The notes under the pieces: generated by a model | Seen by the model: only the letters and a program-made list of their open reading frames with translations | Databases searched by the model: none | What the model was told of the DNA's origin: nothing | DNA from: Burkholderiaceae bacterium | Lineage (GTDB): Bacteria > Pseudomonadota > Gammaproteobacteria > Burkholderiales > Burkholderiaceae | Direction: 5' to 3' | Assembly (NCBI GenBank): GCA_947448305.1 | Contig: CANFME010000001.1 | Span: forward strand, 2,030 to 66,029 | Length of the DNA: 64,000 nucleotides | Shown: piece by piece, positions 36,352-47,680 of the stretch | How the letters are laid out: each line of letters begins with the position of its first letter | How positions within the stretch are numbered: the stretch's first letter is position 1 | Translations under genes and position numbers: made by a program

Positions 36352-37338
36352 TTACAGTAAATCTTGAACGCCAGCTTTTTCTTCTAACAACTCATTTAAG
36401 GTGAAGTCCATTCTTTCACGTGAGTAGGCATCAATCTCGAGACCTTGAATCAATTGATACTCACCGTTTTCGCAAATGACTGGAACACCATAAATAATGC
36501 CTTCTGGAATACCGTAGGAACCATCTGATGGAATACCCATCGTTACCCACTTGCCATTAGTCCCAAGGTGCCAATCATGAATATGATCAATCGCAGCATT
36601 TGCCGCAGATGCAGCAGAAGATAAACCACGCGCTTCAATAATGGCACCACCACGTTTACCAACTGTAGGCAAGAAGACTGTCTTATTCCACTCTTCGTCG
36701 TTAATCATTTCTTTAATAGATTTACCTGCAACATTCGCAAAACGGTAATCTGGATACATGGTTGGGCTGTGATTACCCCAAACTACTAATTTTTCAATAT
36801 CTGCAACAGCAATATTTGCTTTTGCTGCTAATTGAGAAAGGGCTCTGTTATGGTCTAAACGTAACATTGCAGTAAAGTTTTTTGCTGGTAAATCTGGAGC
36901 AGACTTCATCGCAATATAAGCGTTAGTATTTGCTGGATTACCAACAACTAAAGTTTTCACTGTTCTTTTAGCTACTGCATTCAATGCTTTACCTTGAGCT
37001 GTAAAGATTTTTGCATTTGCCTGTAAAAGATCTTTACGCTCCATACCCGGGCCGCGTGGACGTGCGCCAACTAGAACGGCGTAGTCAATATCTTTGAATG
37101 CGGTCATTGCATCGCCATGAGCGCTCATGCTATTCAAGAGTGGAAATGCACAGTCATCCAACTCCATCATGACACCCTTTAATGCATTTTGAGCCTTTTC
37201 ATCTGGAATTTCCAATAACTGGAGATTAACAGGTTGATCCTTACCTAGCATATCGCCATTGGCAATGCGAAATAATAATGAATATCCGATTTGACCGGCG
37301 GCTCCGGTGATTGCAACGTTTAAAGGTGCTTTTGCCAT
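36352..37338 (-). CDS. mdh: Malate dehydrogenase
   Basis: [21 protein letters not shown] and VVWGNHS motifs; 328 aa. Confidence 0.95.
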   Translation of the reverse strand: MAKAPLNVAITGAAGQIGYSLLFRIANGDMLGKDQPVNLQLLEIPDEKAQNALKGVMMELDDCAFPLLNSMSAHGDAMTAFKDIDYAVLVGARPRGPGMERKDLLQANAKIFTAQGKALNAVAKRTVKTLVVGNPANTNAYIAMKSAPDLPAKNFTAMLRLDHNRALSQLAAKANIAVADIEKLVVWGNHSPTMYPDYRFANVAGKSIKEMINDEEWNKTVFLPTVGKRGGAIIEARGLSSAASAANAAIDHIHDWHLGTNGKWVTMGIPSDGSYGIPEGIIYGVPVICENGEYQLIQGLEIDAYSRERMDFTLNELLEEKAGVQDLL

Positions 37339-37922
37339 GAAATTAACTCCGTGTTGTCGATAAAAAAATTGTTATTTGTTCAATTATAGAGTTTTAAAAT
37401 AAATTCTCTAAGGGTTGATGATAAGCAATATCAAAAAGTCTTATGAAAATTTTGCAACTATTTTTACTTTTTGAGAGGCGTTGGTTCTTAAAAATGCCCA
37501 AATAAATTGCACTTTTAATAAAAACTAAGGAATGAGGTGGAATAATATCCCTTGGTTTTTTTAGTCAGATGATAAGCCACTTTTTACGTAGCAATAATTT
37601 GTATTCGTAAGATTTTTATATTTTGTGGTTAGAAAGATTTACATCCGTAATAAATTTAATAGCTAATGCCTCAACTGTTTTTGGTGGTCTTTGAATGGAC
37701 TGAAATGAGTATTTATTTTTTCAATTTCGTGAGCTCATTTTTTAAGTCATTGATTTATTGGAATTATTTTTTTTTATTTGATTGAATTCCAAAACATCAA
37801 AAGAATATGACAAAATAGAGCCTAACAGTTCTTGATGATCAAATGATTTTTTAAGTTGTAAATCAAAAAACTGTAATGTAATTAAATATTTACACCCCAT
37901 GCTTAACACATAAGGTTATTTA

Positions 37923-38348
37923 ATGTCTGAAAATATCAACTCTAGCGGCCGTAAGTCCCGTCCCCAATTTAAAAATATTGGTTATGGACAAATCCTGACA
38001 TCATACAAATTACCATGGTCTGGAAAAGTATCGATTTTGCATCGTGTTAGTGGAGCATTATTATTTTTGTCACTTCCTTTCATTTTGTACCTTTTTGATA
38101 AAAGTATTACATCAGAGATTAGTTTTTTAACTTTTTCTGAAATGGTGGCAAATCCACTTATTAAGTTATTTATCCTGGCGCTGATTTGGGGATTTTTACA
38201 TCACTTTTGCGCTGGTATTCGTTTCTTAATGCTCGATACCCATCGTGGCATAGAAAAACATCAAATTCAAAAGTCGGCAATTACTGTTTTGGCTATTAGT
38301 CTCGCCTTAACACTCGTTCTTGGCGCTAAATTATTTAATTTGTTTTAA
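37923..38348 (+). CDS. sdhC: Succinate dehydrogenase cytochrome b556 subunit
   Basis: Three TM segments, heme His in HRVSGALLF, first gene of the sdhCDAB array. Confidence 0.9.
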   Translation: MSENINSSGRKSRPQFKNIGYGQILTSYKLPWSGKVSILHRVSGALLFLSLPFILYLFDKSITSEISFLTFSEMVANPLIKLFILALIWGFLHHFCAGIRFLMLDTHRGIEKHQIQKSAITVLAISLALTLVLGAKLFNLF

Positions 38349-38356
38349 GGAAAATC

Positions 38357-38722
38357 ATGGCTAATAACAATATTGGTTCTAAGCGCTTAGTAGTAGGGGC
38401 TCATTATGGATTGACAGAGTGGTTACTTCAAAGAGTAACTGCAGTCATCATGATCGTTTTTACGATAGTGCTACTCGCTGTATATCTTGTTTACGGAAAT
38501 GCAAGCTACGAAGGTTGGGCATCATTATTTGCTAATCAATTAATGAAAATTTTGACCTTTTTGACTCTTGCCTCATTGTTTTACCACGCATGGGTAGGTA
38601 TCCGTGATATCTGGATGGACTACATTGGTTCCGCAGGTCTGCGTTTAGCTCTACAAACTTTGACTGTTTTATGGTTATTTGGTTGTACTGCTTATGCTGC
38701 ACAAATTCTTTGGAGGGTTTAA
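38357..38722 (+). CDS. sdhD: Succinate dehydrogenase hydrophobic membrane anchor subunit
   Basis: 121-aa three-TM protein between sdhC and sdhA. Confidence 0.9.
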   Translation: MANNNIGSKRLVVGAHYGLTEWLLQRVTAVIMIVFTIVLLAVYLVYGNASYEGWASLFANQLMKILTFLTLASLFYHAWVGIRDIWMDYIGSAGLRLALQTLTVLWLFGCTAYAAQILWRV

Positions 38723-40501
38723 ATGGGTGCGATAAATTCGGCAATTCCACGCCGTCGTTTTGATGTTGTTATTGTTGGTGCAGGTGGCGCAGGTATGCGA
38801 GCATCTTTACAGTTAGCTGAAGCTGGATTGAATGTTGCTGTTCTTTCAAAAGTTTTCCCAACCCGCTCTCATACCGTTGCTGCACAAGGTGGTATTGGTG
38901 CTTCCTTGGGCAACATGAGTGAGGATAACTGGCATTATCACTTCTATGACACGATTAAAGGCTCTGATTGGTTAGGTGACCAGGATGCAATTGAATTTAT
39001 GTGTCGTGAAGCACCGAAAGTTGTTTACGAATTAGAGCATTTTGGTATGCCTTTTGACCGTAATGCTGACGGTACAATTTACCAGCGTCCGTTTGGTGGC
39101 CATACCGCAAATTATGGTGAAAAGCCAGTTCAACGCGCATGTGCTGCGGCAGATAGAACGGGGCATGCTATGTTGCACACCCTATATCAAAGAAACGTTC
39201 GTGCTAAAACACAATTTTTTGTTGAGTGGATGGCACTTGATTTGATTCGTGATGCTGACGGTGACGTAGTTGGTGTAACGGCAATGGAAATGGAAACCGG
39301 TGAAATTCATATTTTAGAAGCGAAGATCACTATGTTTGCAACCGGCGGAGCCGGACGTATTTGGCAAGCTTCTACCAATGCCTTTATTAATACCGGTGAC
39401 GGTATGGGTATGACTGCTCGTGCTGGAATACCGCTTGAAGATATGGAGTTTTGGCAATTCCACCCAACTGGCGTTGCTGGAGCTGGTGTTTTGCTAACTG
39501 AAGGATGTCGCGGTGAGGGCGGTATTTTAAGAAATAAAGATGGTGAGCGTTTTATGGAGCGTTATGCTCCAACTCTGAAAGATTTAGCCCCTAGGGACTT
39601 CGTATCTCGTTGTATGGATCAGGAAATCAAAGAAGGCCGTGGTTGTGGTCCTAATGGTGATTATGTAGTGCTTGATTTAACACATATTGGTGCTGAAACA
39701 ATTCATAAGCGCCTACCTTCAGTTTATGAAATTGGTATTAACTTTGCAAACGTCGATGTAACTAAAGAGCCAATTCCAGTGGTACCAACAATCCATTATC
39801 AAATGGGTGGTATTCCGACAAATATTTACGGACAAGTTGTTGCACCGAAAAATGGCAATCCAAATGAAGTTGTCAATGGTTTCTATGCGGTTGGTGAATG
39901 TTCATGTGTTTCTGTCCACGGTGCTAATCGCCTAGGCACTAATTCACTTTTAGACTTGTTAGTATTCGGTCGTGCAGCAGGTAACCATATTGTAGCTTCT
40001 GATATTAAGAAGAAAGAGCATAAGCCATTACCCGAAAATGCCGCTGATTATTCATTAGCCAGAGTCGCCAAACTAGATGATTCTTCTGCTGGTGAATATA
40101 CTCAAGACGTTGCTAATGAAATTCGTAATGCAATGCAAAAACATTGTGGCGTATTTAGAACTCAAGCCATCATGGATGAGGGTGTCGCAATGATGGCTGA
40201 ACTTACTGAGCGTGCAAATCATATTCATTTAAAAGATAAATCTAAGACATTTAATACTGCAAGAGTTGAGGCTTTAGAGTTAGCTAATTTAGTGGAAGCC
40301 GCAAACTCAACGATGATTTCAGCAGCTGCTCGTAAAGAAAGCCGAGGCGCTCATGCACATGATGACTGCCCTGAACGTGATGATATTAATTGGCTCAAAC
40401 ATACATTATGGTTTAGAGATAACAACCGACTTGAATACAAGCCTGTAAATCTTAAGCCATTGACTGCAGAGTCTATTCCACCAAAAGTTAGAACATTCTA
40501 A
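38723..40501 (+). CDS. sdhA: Succinate dehydrogenase flavoprotein subunit
   Basis: VVIVGAGGAGMRASL, and RSHTVAAQGG (covalent FAD His); 592 aa. Confidence 0.97.
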   Translation: MGAINSAIPRRRFDVVIVGAGGAGMRASLQLAEAGLNVAVLSKVFPTRSHTVAAQGGIGASLGNMSEDNWHYHFYDTIKGSDWLGDQDAIEFMCREAPKVVYELEHFGMPFDRNADGTIYQRPFGGHTANYGEKPVQRACAAADRTGHAMLHTLYQRNVRAKTQFFVEWMALDLIRDADGDVVGVTAMEMETGEIHILEAKITMFATGGAGRIWQASTNAFINTGDGMGMTARAGIPLEDMEFWQFHPTGVAGAGVLLTEGCRGEGGILRNKDGERFMERYAPTLKDLAPRDFVSRCMDQEIKEGRGCGPNGDYVVLDLTHIGAETIHKRLPSVYEIGINFANVDVTKEPIPVVPTIHYQMGGIPTNIYGQVVAPKNGNPNEVVNGFYAVGECSCVSVHGANRLGTNSLLDLLVFGRAAGNHIVASDIKKKEHKPLPENAADYSLARVAKLDDSSAGEYTQDVANEIRNAMQKHCGVFRTQAIMDEGVAMMAELTERANHIHLKDKSKTFNTARVEALELANLVEAANSTMISAAARKESRGAHAHDDCPERDDINWLKHTLWFRDNNRLEYKPVNLKPLTAESIPPKVRTF

Positions 40502-40512
40502 AAGGAATTATT

Positions 40513-41220
40513 ATGAGTGAAATTCGTATATTTGAAGTGTATCGATATGACCCTGACAAGGATGCAGCTCCACGCATGCAAACTTATGAATTAGAGTTAG
40601 ATGGTAGTGAAAGAATGTTGCTTGATGCTCTCATGAAGCTAAAAAAATTAGATGAAACATTATCTTTCCGTCGGTCATGTCGAGAGGGCGTATGTGGCTC
40701 TGACGCGATGAACATCAACGGTAAAAATGGTTTGGCTTGTTTGACTAATATGCTCACTTTGCCGAAGAAAATTACCTTACGTCCGTTACCTGGATTACCC
40801 GTTGTGCGTGACATGATTGTCGATATGACTAATTTCTTTAAGCAATACCATTCAATCCGTCCTTATTTAGTCAATGAGACTCAACCGCCAGAAAAAGAGC
40901 GCTTACAGTCTCCTGAAGAAAGAGATGAGTTGAATGGACTATATGAGTGTATTCTGTGTGCTTCCTGTTCAACTGCATGTCCATCTTTTTGGTGGAATCC
41001 TGATAAGTTTGTTGGACCTGCAGGGTTATTACAAGCGTATCGCTTTATCGCCGATAGCCGTGATGAAGTAACGAGTGAACGTTTGGATAATTTAGAAGAT
41101 CCATATAGACTTTTCCGCTGCCATACCATTATGAATTGCGTAGATGTTTGTCCAAAAGGTCTAAACCCTACTAAAGCAATTGGTAAAATCAAAGAGTTAA
41201 TGGTTCGTCGCGCAATATGA
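40513..41220 (+). CDS. sdhB: Succinate dehydrogenase iron-sulfur subunit
   Basis: CREGVCGSDAMNING, CILCASCSTACP and CHTIMNCVDVCPKGLNP cluster motifs. Confidence 0.97.
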   Translation: MSEIRIFEVYRYDPDKDAAPRMQTYELELDGSERMLLDALMKLKKLDETLSFRRSCREGVCGSDAMNINGKNGLACLTNMLTLPKKITLRPLPGLPVVRDMIVDMTNFFKQYHSIRPYLVNETQPPEKERLQSPEERDELNGLYECILCASCSTACPSFWWNPDKFVGPAGLLQAYRFIADSRDEVTSERLDNLEDPYRLFRCHTIMNCVDVCPKGLNPTKAIGKIKELMVRRAI

Positions 41221-41474
41221 CAATTGATTCGGGTATTCTTTCAAGGCTTCGATGGAGTGCTCGACGGGGTCTTTTGGAAAACGATTTAATTATTGAAAGA
41301 TTTTTTAATCGTTTTGCACAAGATTTGACCATGGATGATGTGTATTCTCTCGATCAACTATTTGACTTGAGTGATAATGATTTGTTGGATTTATTTTTAA
41401 GTCGTAAAGAGCCGACAGGTCATCTAGATCAACCAAATGTATTAAAAGTATTAAAGCAAATGCGTCAAGTGTAA
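41217..41474 (+). CDS. sdhE: FAD assembly factor SdhE (DUF339)
   Basis: RGxxE motif in RRGLLENDL; 85 aa; ATGA overlap with sdhB. Confidence 0.8.
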   Translation: MTIDSGILSRLRWSARRGLLENDLIIERFFNRFAQDLTMDDVYSLDQLFDLSDNDLLDLFLSRKEPTGHLDQPNVLKVLKQMRQV

Positions 41475-41557
41475 AGATTCATGTTGAAGATAGAGGTTTT
41501 TAGTTTTGACATCTATCTTGAACTAAAATAAACAAAATACAACGTAAGGACATAACA

Positions 41558-42859
41558 ATGACACCCTCTGATATTAAAGCCACCTTATCATTTTCTGATG
41601 GATCTCCAGCGATCGAGATGCCTATTTATAAAGGTACTGTGGGTCCAGATGTAATCGACATTCGCAAGTTATATGGTCAAACAGGTAAATTTACTTATGA
41701 CCCAGGCTTTATGTCAACAGCTTCTTGTAACTCAAAGATTACATTTATTGATGGTGATAAGGGTGAGTTGCTATACAGAGGTTATCCGATTGAAGAACTT
41801 GCGGTGAATTGCGACTTCTTGGAAACTTGTTATTTGCTCATCAATGGTGAATTGCCAACTCCAAAGGTAAAAGAGGAATTTGCTGATTTAGTGATGCATC
41901 ACACAATGGTCCACGAGCAAATGCAGTTTTTCTTAAGAGGCTTCCGTCGTGATGCCCATCCAATGGCTGTTCTGACTGGTTTAGTTGGTGCAATGGCTGC
42001 CTTCTATCACGATGGCTTAGACTATTCAGAGCCTAGAATTCGTGAGATTGCTCAGATTCGCCTTATCGCTAAAATGCCTACTTTGGTAGCCATGTCCTAT
42101 AAATACTCAATTGGTCAACCTTTTATTTATCCAAAGAATGATCTTTCTTACACTGCAAACTTTATGAGAATGTTGTTCGCAACCCCTTGTGAAGATTATG
42201 TTGTGAATGAAGTTTTAGTTAGAGCACTTGATAGAATTTTTATTTTGCATGCTGATCATGAGCAAAATGCATCCACATCTACAGTTCGCTTAGCAGGCTC
42301 TTCAGGTACTAATCCATTTGCAGCAATTGCTGCTGGTGTTGCCTGTTTATGGGGTCCTGCACACGGTGGTGCAAATGAAGCTTGCTTGCAAATGCTTGAA
42401 GATATTCAAAAAAATGGTGGTGTTGAAAAAATTGGTGAGTTCATTGCTAAAGTGAAGGATAAGGATTCTGGTGTTCGTTTAATGGGCTTTGGACACCGTG
42501 TTTACAAGAATTTTGATCCAAGAGCGAAACTAATGCGTGAAACTTGTTACGAGGTTTTGAATGAACTTGGTTTAGGTGATGACCCACTCTTCAAATTAGC
42601 GATGACTTTAGAAAAAATTGCATTAGAAGATGAATACTTTGTAAGCCGTAAACTTTATCCTAACGTTGATTTCTACTCTGGTATTGTGCAACGTGCATTA
42701 GGTATTCCGACTGATATGTTTACTTGTGTTTTTGCTTTAGCTAGAACGGTTGGTTGGATTGCTCAGTGGGAAGAAATGATTACTGATGCAGAGTACAAAA
42801 TTGGTCGTCCACGCCAATTATTCAACGGTTATACTACTCGGACTATTGAATCAAAATAA
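41558..42859 (+). CDS. gltA: Citrate synthase (type II)
   Basis: [14 protein letters not shown] signature; 433 aa. Confidence 0.95.
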   Translation: MTPSDIKATLSFSDGSPAIEMPIYKGTVGPDVIDIRKLYGQTGKFTYDPGFMSTASCNSKITFIDGDKGELLYRGYPIEELAVNCDFLETCYLLINGELPTPKVKEEFADLVMHHTMVHEQMQFFLRGFRRDAHPMAVLTGLVGAMAAFYHDGLDYSEPRIREIAQIRLIAKMPTLVAMSYKYSIGQPFIYPKNDLSYTANFMRMLFATPCEDYVVNEVLVRALDRIFILHADHEQNASTSTVRLAGSSGTNPFAAIAAGVACLWGPAHGGANEACLQMLEDIQKNGGVEKIGEFIAKVKDKDSGVRLMGFGHRVYKNFDPRAKLMRETCYEVLNELGLGDDPLFKLAMTLEKIALEDEYFVSRKLYPNVDFYSGIVQRALGIPTDMFTCVFALARTVGWIAQWEEMITDAEYKIGRPRQLFNGYTTRTIESK

Positions 42860-42877
42860 TTTATAACAGGAGAATAC

Positions 42878-44287
42878 ATGGCACGGACCTTATACGACAA
42901 ACTTTGGGACGACCATGTGGTTTATACAGAAGAGGATGGAACATCCATCCTCTATATCGATCGTCATCTACTACATGAAGTAACAAGTCCTCAAGCTTTT
43001 GAAGGATTAGTAATAGCTCATCGACCTATTTGGCGTAATTCCGCCAATTTGGCTGTATCTGACCACAATGTACCAACAACGGATCGCTCTAACGGCATCA
43101 CTGATGTTATTTCAAAATTACAAGTTGATACCCTAGACTCTAATTGCGATCGATTAGGCATTACCCAATACAAAATGAACGACTTGCGTCAAGGTATCGT
43201 TCATGTAATCGGACCTGAACAAGGTGCAGTATTACCTGGCATGACAGTAGTTTGTGGTGACTCTCATACAAGTACTCATGGTGCCTTTGGAGCCTTGGCT
43301 TTTGGTATTGGGACTTCAGAAGTTGAGCACACACTAGCTACGCAAACTATTCTGATGAAGAAGAGTAAAAACATGCTGGTTAAGGTGGATGGGAAATTAC
43401 CTTTAGGTTGTTCAGCTAAAGATATTGTTTTAGCGATAATTGGTAAGATCGGCACAGCTGGTGCAACAGGACACACTATTGAGTTCGCTGGAGAAGCGAT
43501 TTCTCAATTATCAATGGAAGGTCGCATGACAGTTTGTAACATGGCCATTGAAGCGGGTGCTAGAGCTGGTTTGGTAGCTGTTGATGAAAAGACGATTGAA
43601 TACGTTCAAAATCGTCCTTACTCTCCCAAAGGACAAGCTTGGAATCTTGCAATTCAATACTGGCGAAATTTACACACTGATTCTGGGGCATCTTTTGATC
43701 AGGTTGTGACTTTACGTGCTGAAGAAATTAAACCACAGGTTAGTTGGGGTACATCTCCTGAGATGGTTCTATCCATTGATGATCGTATACCTGATCCTGA
43801 CAAAGAAAAAGATGCGAACAAAAGATCTGCAATTGAGCGCGCACTTTTGTATATGGGACTTCAACCTAATATGCCGATTGAGTCGATCCAAATTGATAAA
43901 GTATTCATCGGTTCATGCACAAATAGTCGTATAGAAGATATTAGAAGTGCGGCGAAAGTGGTCGAGCGTATTGGTAAAAAAGTTGCTTCCAATGTAAAAC
44001 TAGCCTTGGTTGTGCCTGGCTCCGGATTAGTCAAAGCACAAGCTGAAAAAGAAGGTTTAGATAAAGTCTTTAAGGCAGCCGGTTTTGAGTGGCGTGAACC
44101 CGGATGTTCAATGTGTTTGGCGATGAATGCTGACCGCTTAGAGCCCGGTGAGCGTTGTGCCTCTACCTCAAATCGTAATTTTGAGGGGCGTCAAGGCGCT
44201 GGTGGACGAACCCATTTAGTGAGTCCAGCCATGGCTGCTGCTGCTGCGATTGAAGGCCATTTTGTTGATGTTAGAAAGATTTCTTGA
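42878..44287 (+). CDS. leuC: 3-isopropylmalate dehydratase large subunit
   Basis: [23 protein letters not shown] and CSMCLAMN Fe-S ligand motifs. Confidence 0.95.
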   Translation: MARTLYDKLWDDHVVYTEEDGTSILYIDRHLLHEVTSPQAFEGLVIAHRPIWRNSANLAVSDHNVPTTDRSNGITDVISKLQVDTLDSNCDRLGITQYKMNDLRQGIVHVIGPEQGAVLPGMTVVCGDSHTSTHGAFGALAFGIGTSEVEHTLATQTILMKKSKNMLVKVDGKLPLGCSAKDIVLAIIGKIGTAGATGHTIEFAGEAISQLSMEGRMTVCNMAIEAGARAGLVAVDEKTIEYVQNRPYSPKGQAWNLAIQYWRNLHTDSGASFDQVVTLRAEEIKPQVSWGTSPEMVLSIDDRIPDPDKEKDANKRSAIERALLYMGLQPNMPIESIQIDKVFIGSCTNSRIEDIRSAAKVVERIGKKVASNVKLALVVPGSGLVKAQAEKEGLDKVFKAAGFEWREPGCSMCLAMNADRLEPGERCASTSNRNFEGRQGAGGRTHLVSPAMAAAAAIEGHFVDVRKIS

Positions 44288-44311
44288 TTACTCGAGAAAT
44301 AAAAGGAATCT

Positions 44312-44536
44312 ATGAAAATTAATAATTCTCTACTCAAAATTTGGGGACTATGTTTTTTATTTAGTTTTACCTCTTGCTCAACAGTTGAGGGGATTGGTAA
44401 AGATGTGCAAGGGCTTGGTCGTGTAATCGAAAAAAGTTCTTCATCAGCAACTGGAAAAAAAACAACTTCTTCTGCAGCGCCTTCAGAAAGCAACCAGCCA
44501 GCGTCTAGTGGTGCTGTAGTTACACCTATTCGATAA
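44312..44536 (+). CDS. Entericidin A/B-family lipoprotein with a Ser/Thr-rich C-terminal extension
   Basis: Lipobox-like FSFTSC followed by STVEGIGKDVQGLG, the entericidin core. The position between leuC and leuD is conserved in Burkholderiales. Confidence 0.6.
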   Translation: MKINNSLLKIWGLCFLFSFTSCSTVEGIGKDVQGLGRVIEKSSSSATGKKTTSSAAPSESNQPASSGAVVTPIR

Positions 44537-44551
44537 GATAGAAAGATTTTT

Positions 44552-45199
44552 ATGCAAGCTTTTACTGTTCACCAAGGTATTGTTATTCCCCTAGATCGGG
44601 AGAACGTAGATACGGATGCAATTATTCCTAAGCAGTTTCTTAAATCTATCGCTAGGACCGGCTTTGGTCAAAATTTATTCGATGAATGGCGTTACCTTGA
44701 CCAAGGTGAGCCAGGTCAAGATTGTTCAGTCCGTCCTATAAATCCTGATTTTGTATTAAATCAGCCTAGGTATAAAAAAGGCAGTATTTTGTTAGCTAGA
44801 AAAAACTTCGGCTGTGGTAGTTCTCGCGAACATGCACCATGGGCACTTAGCCAATATGGTATTCGTGCTTTGATCGCTCCAAGTTATGCTGACATTTTTA
44901 TGAACAATTGTTTTAAAAATGGCATTTTGCCAATTGTTTTAAAAGATTCTGAAGTTGATCGTTTGTTTAATGAGACCTTTGCGTTTAATGGTTTTCAATT
45001 GACGATTGACCTAGACAAGCAGTTAGTTATTGTAGGTGATGGGACAAGTTACGAATTTGACGTCACTCCATTTAGAAAATATTGTTTGATCAATGGATTT
45101 GATGATATTGGGTTAACTCTACTTCATTCCGACAAGATCAAGTCTTATGAATCTGAGCGCATTTTAAAAATGCCTTGGTTAGATACAAAATTACCTTAA
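44552..45199 (+). CDS. leuD: 3-isopropylmalate dehydratase small subunit
   Basis: [13 protein letters not shown] motif. Confidence 0.95.
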   Translation: MQAFTVHQGIVIPLDRENVDTDAIIPKQFLKSIARTGFGQNLFDEWRYLDQGEPGQDCSVRPINPDFVLNQPRYKKGSILLARKNFGCGSSREHAPWALSQYGIRALIAPSYADIFMNNCFKNGILPIVLKDSEVDRLFNETFAFNGFQLTIDLDKQLVIVGDGTSYEFDVTPFRKYCLINGFDDIGLTLLHSDKIKSYESERILKMPWLDTKLP

Positions 45200-45243
45200 C
45201 GATTAGCTCACAATACCTTTGAAAGTTTGATAGAAAGTTAGAT

Positions 45244-46317
45244 ATGAAAATTGCAGTGTTACCTGGCGATGGTATTGGTCCCGAAATTATTGATGAGGCA
45301 AAATTAGTATTAAATGCTTTAGGTGAGTCCTTTGAAATAGAGGAAGCACCGGTTGGTGGTGCTGGTTACAAAGCTTCGGGCCATCCGTTACCTGATGCAA
45401 CATTACAACTCGCTAAAGATGCTGATGCAATTTTATTTGGATCCGTGGGAGATTTTCAGTTCGATAATTTACCCAGAGAATTAAGGCCTGAGCAGGCAAT
45501 TCTTGGTTTGCGTAAACACTTATCTTTATTTGCTAATCTGCGTCCTGCTATTTGTTATAAAGAACTGACGGCAGCATCTTCATTAAAACCTGAGATTGTT
45601 GCTGGTTTAGATATTTTGATTGTTCGGGAGTTAAATGGAGATGTCTATTTTGGCTCACCAAAAGGGCTTAGAACTTCTACCGATGGTTTGTTTCCTGGGA
45701 CAAGAGAAGGTTTTGATACCATGAGATACAGCGAGCCTGAGGTGATTCGGATTGGTCATGTTGCCTTTAATGCAGCTAGAAAACGTCAACGTCGTCTTTG
45801 TAGTGTCGATAAATCTAATGTTTTAGAGACTTCACAATTGTGGCGTGATGTCATGACAGAGTTGGGTAAAGAATATCCGGATGTTGAGTTAACTCACATG
45901 TATGTTGACAATGCTGCTATGCAACTCGTCAGAGCGCCAAAAGCTTTTGATGTTGTTGTAACTGGTAATTTATTCGGTGATATTTTATCCGATGAAGCGT
46001 CCATGTTAACCGGCTCTATTGGAATGTTACCTTCAGCTTCATTAGATGCTAACAATAAAGGCTTATACGAGCCTAGCCATGGTTCAGCCCCGGATATCGC
46101 TGGCAAAGGCATTGCCAATCCTTTAGCAACTATATTATCTGCTGCCATGATGCTAAGGTACACGCTTGGACTTGAAGAGCAAGCTAATAGAATTGAAAAT
46201 GCAGTACAAAAGGTGTTAGCTCAAGGTTACCGTACGGGTGATATCTATACTGAAGGTACGAAAAAGGTCGGTACTAGAGAAATGGGTCAAGCGGTTCTCG
46301 ATGCACTAGCAAATTAA
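45244..46317 (+). CDS. leuB: 3-isopropylmalate dehydrogenase
   Basis: [26 protein letters not shown] signature. Confidence 0.95.
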   Translation: MKIAVLPGDGIGPEIIDEAKLVLNALGESFEIEEAPVGGAGYKASGHPLPDATLQLAKDADAILFGSVGDFQFDNLPRELRPEQAILGLRKHLSLFANLRPAICYKELTAASSLKPEIVAGLDILIVRELNGDVYFGSPKGLRTSTDGLFPGTREGFDTMRYSEPEVIRIGHVAFNAARKRQRRLCSVDKSNVLETSQLWRDVMTELGKEYPDVELTHMYVDNAAMQLVRAPKAFDVVVTGNLFGDILSDEASMLTGSIGMLPSASLDANNKGLYEPSHGSAPDIAGKGIANPLATILSAAMMLRYTLGLEEQANRIENAVQKVLAQGYRTGDIYTEGTKKVGTREMGQAVLDALAN

Positions 46318-46530
46318 GCATTGTTTTTGAAACTCGCTTGAATTTTTAACTGTCCCTCTGATTTGAAAAACGTTTGGTTTTCTGTATCTAGGGCAGTTCA
46401 GTTTTGTCTAATCCTTGACAAAATGACCTAATTATTGGTTTATCTGTCGTTTTCTTCTATATTTAATTGGGTCTTATGCGACTCTGCATTAAAATAGATT
46501 TCTTTTCATTTTTTTAAGGACTGTTGTTGT

Positions 46531-47679
46531 ATGTCGATTCCATTATTAGGTCTAGTCGGTTGGCGCGGTATGGTTGGAAGCGTCCTCATGGAACGTATGA
46601 TTGCGGAAAAGGACTTTGACTATGTCGAGCCTATTTTCTTTAGCACGAGTAACGTTGGTGGAGATGTACCATTAATTAACGGTCAAGTGCTTACTAAAAA
46701 TGATAAAAAGCTTAAAGATGCATATGACATCGAAGCATTATCAAAGTGTCATTACATCATTTCCTGTCAAGGTGGAGACTATACCAAAGAAGTCTTTGGT
46801 CAACTGAGAAATGCTGGTTGGAAGGGGCATTGGATCGACGCTGCGAGTACTTTGCGCATGGCAGATGATGCCGTGATTGTTTTAGATCCTGTGAACCGTG
46901 CTGTAATTAATCAAGCAATAGTTGATGGTCGTAATAACTGGATTGGTGGAAATTGTACAGTTAGCCTTATGTTAATGGGCCTTGGTGGCTTATTTAATGC
47001 TAATTTAGTAGAATGGGTCTCTGCCATGACCTACCAGGCTGCATCAGGTGCTGGTGCGCAAAATATGCGTGAGTTACTAAACCAAATGGGTGCTTTATAT
47101 CAAAGTGTCCAAGATGATTTGAGCACACCTAGTTCCGCGATTTTAGACATTGACCGTAAAGTTACGCAAATGATGCGTTCGGACTCTTTCCCTAAATCAA
47201 ATTTTAGAAATACAGCTTTAGCAGGTAGCTTAATTCCATGGATTGATGTCCCGGTTGAAAATGGTCAAAGCAAGGAAGAGTGGAAAGGTGGGGCAGAGTG
47301 CAACAAGATTTTGGGTATGCCTCCTTTTAGACAGCCAGGAAGTATTCCAATCGATGGGTTATGTGTTCGTGTTGGCGCTATGCGTTGTCATTCACAAGGC
47401 TTGACTATTAAGTTAAAAAAGCATGTCGCAGTTCAAGATGTTGAGCAGATTATTGCTTCTGCCAATGAATGGGTGCATGTTGTACCAAATGATCGTGAGC
47501 AATCTGAGAAATTTCTAACGCCAGCAGCCGTAAGCGGTACGATGCAAATTCCTGTAGGCAGACTTCATCACCTTGCAATGGGGCCGGAGTATTTGGGTGC
47601 ATTTACTGTGGGTGATCAGCTTCTTTGGGGAGCTGCTGAACCTCTTCGTAGAATTTTACGTATTTTGATAGAGGCTTGA
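46531..47679 (+). CDS. asd: Aspartate-semialdehyde dehydrogenase
   Basis: [12 protein letters not shown], and [11 protein letters not shown] (active Cys). Confidence 0.95.
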   Translation: MSIPLLGLVGWRGMVGSVLMERMIAEKDFDYVEPIFFSTSNVGGDVPLINGQVLTKNDKKLKDAYDIEALSKCHYIISCQGGDYTKEVFGQLRNAGWKGHWIDAASTLRMADDAVIVLDPVNRAVINQAIVDGRNNWIGGNCTVSLMLMGLGGLFNANLVEWVSAMTYQAASGAGAQNMRELLNQMGALYQSVQDDLSTPSSAILDIDRKVTQMMRSDSFPKSNFRNTALAGSLIPWIDVPVENGQSKEEWKGGAECNKILGMPPFRQPGSIPIDGLCVRVGAMRCHSQGLTIKLKKHVAVQDVEQIIASANEWVHVVPNDREQSEKFLTPAAVSGTMQIPVGRLHHLAMGPEYLGAFTVGDQLLWGAAEPLRRILRILIEA

Positions 47680-47680
47680 A

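Noticed and set aside
37339-37922. A GntR-regulator pseudogene in the mdh-sdhC spacer.
   Set aside because: Reading the frames by eye gave only very short ORFs and no HTH-like peptide. I cannot support a pseudogene call without a similarity search.
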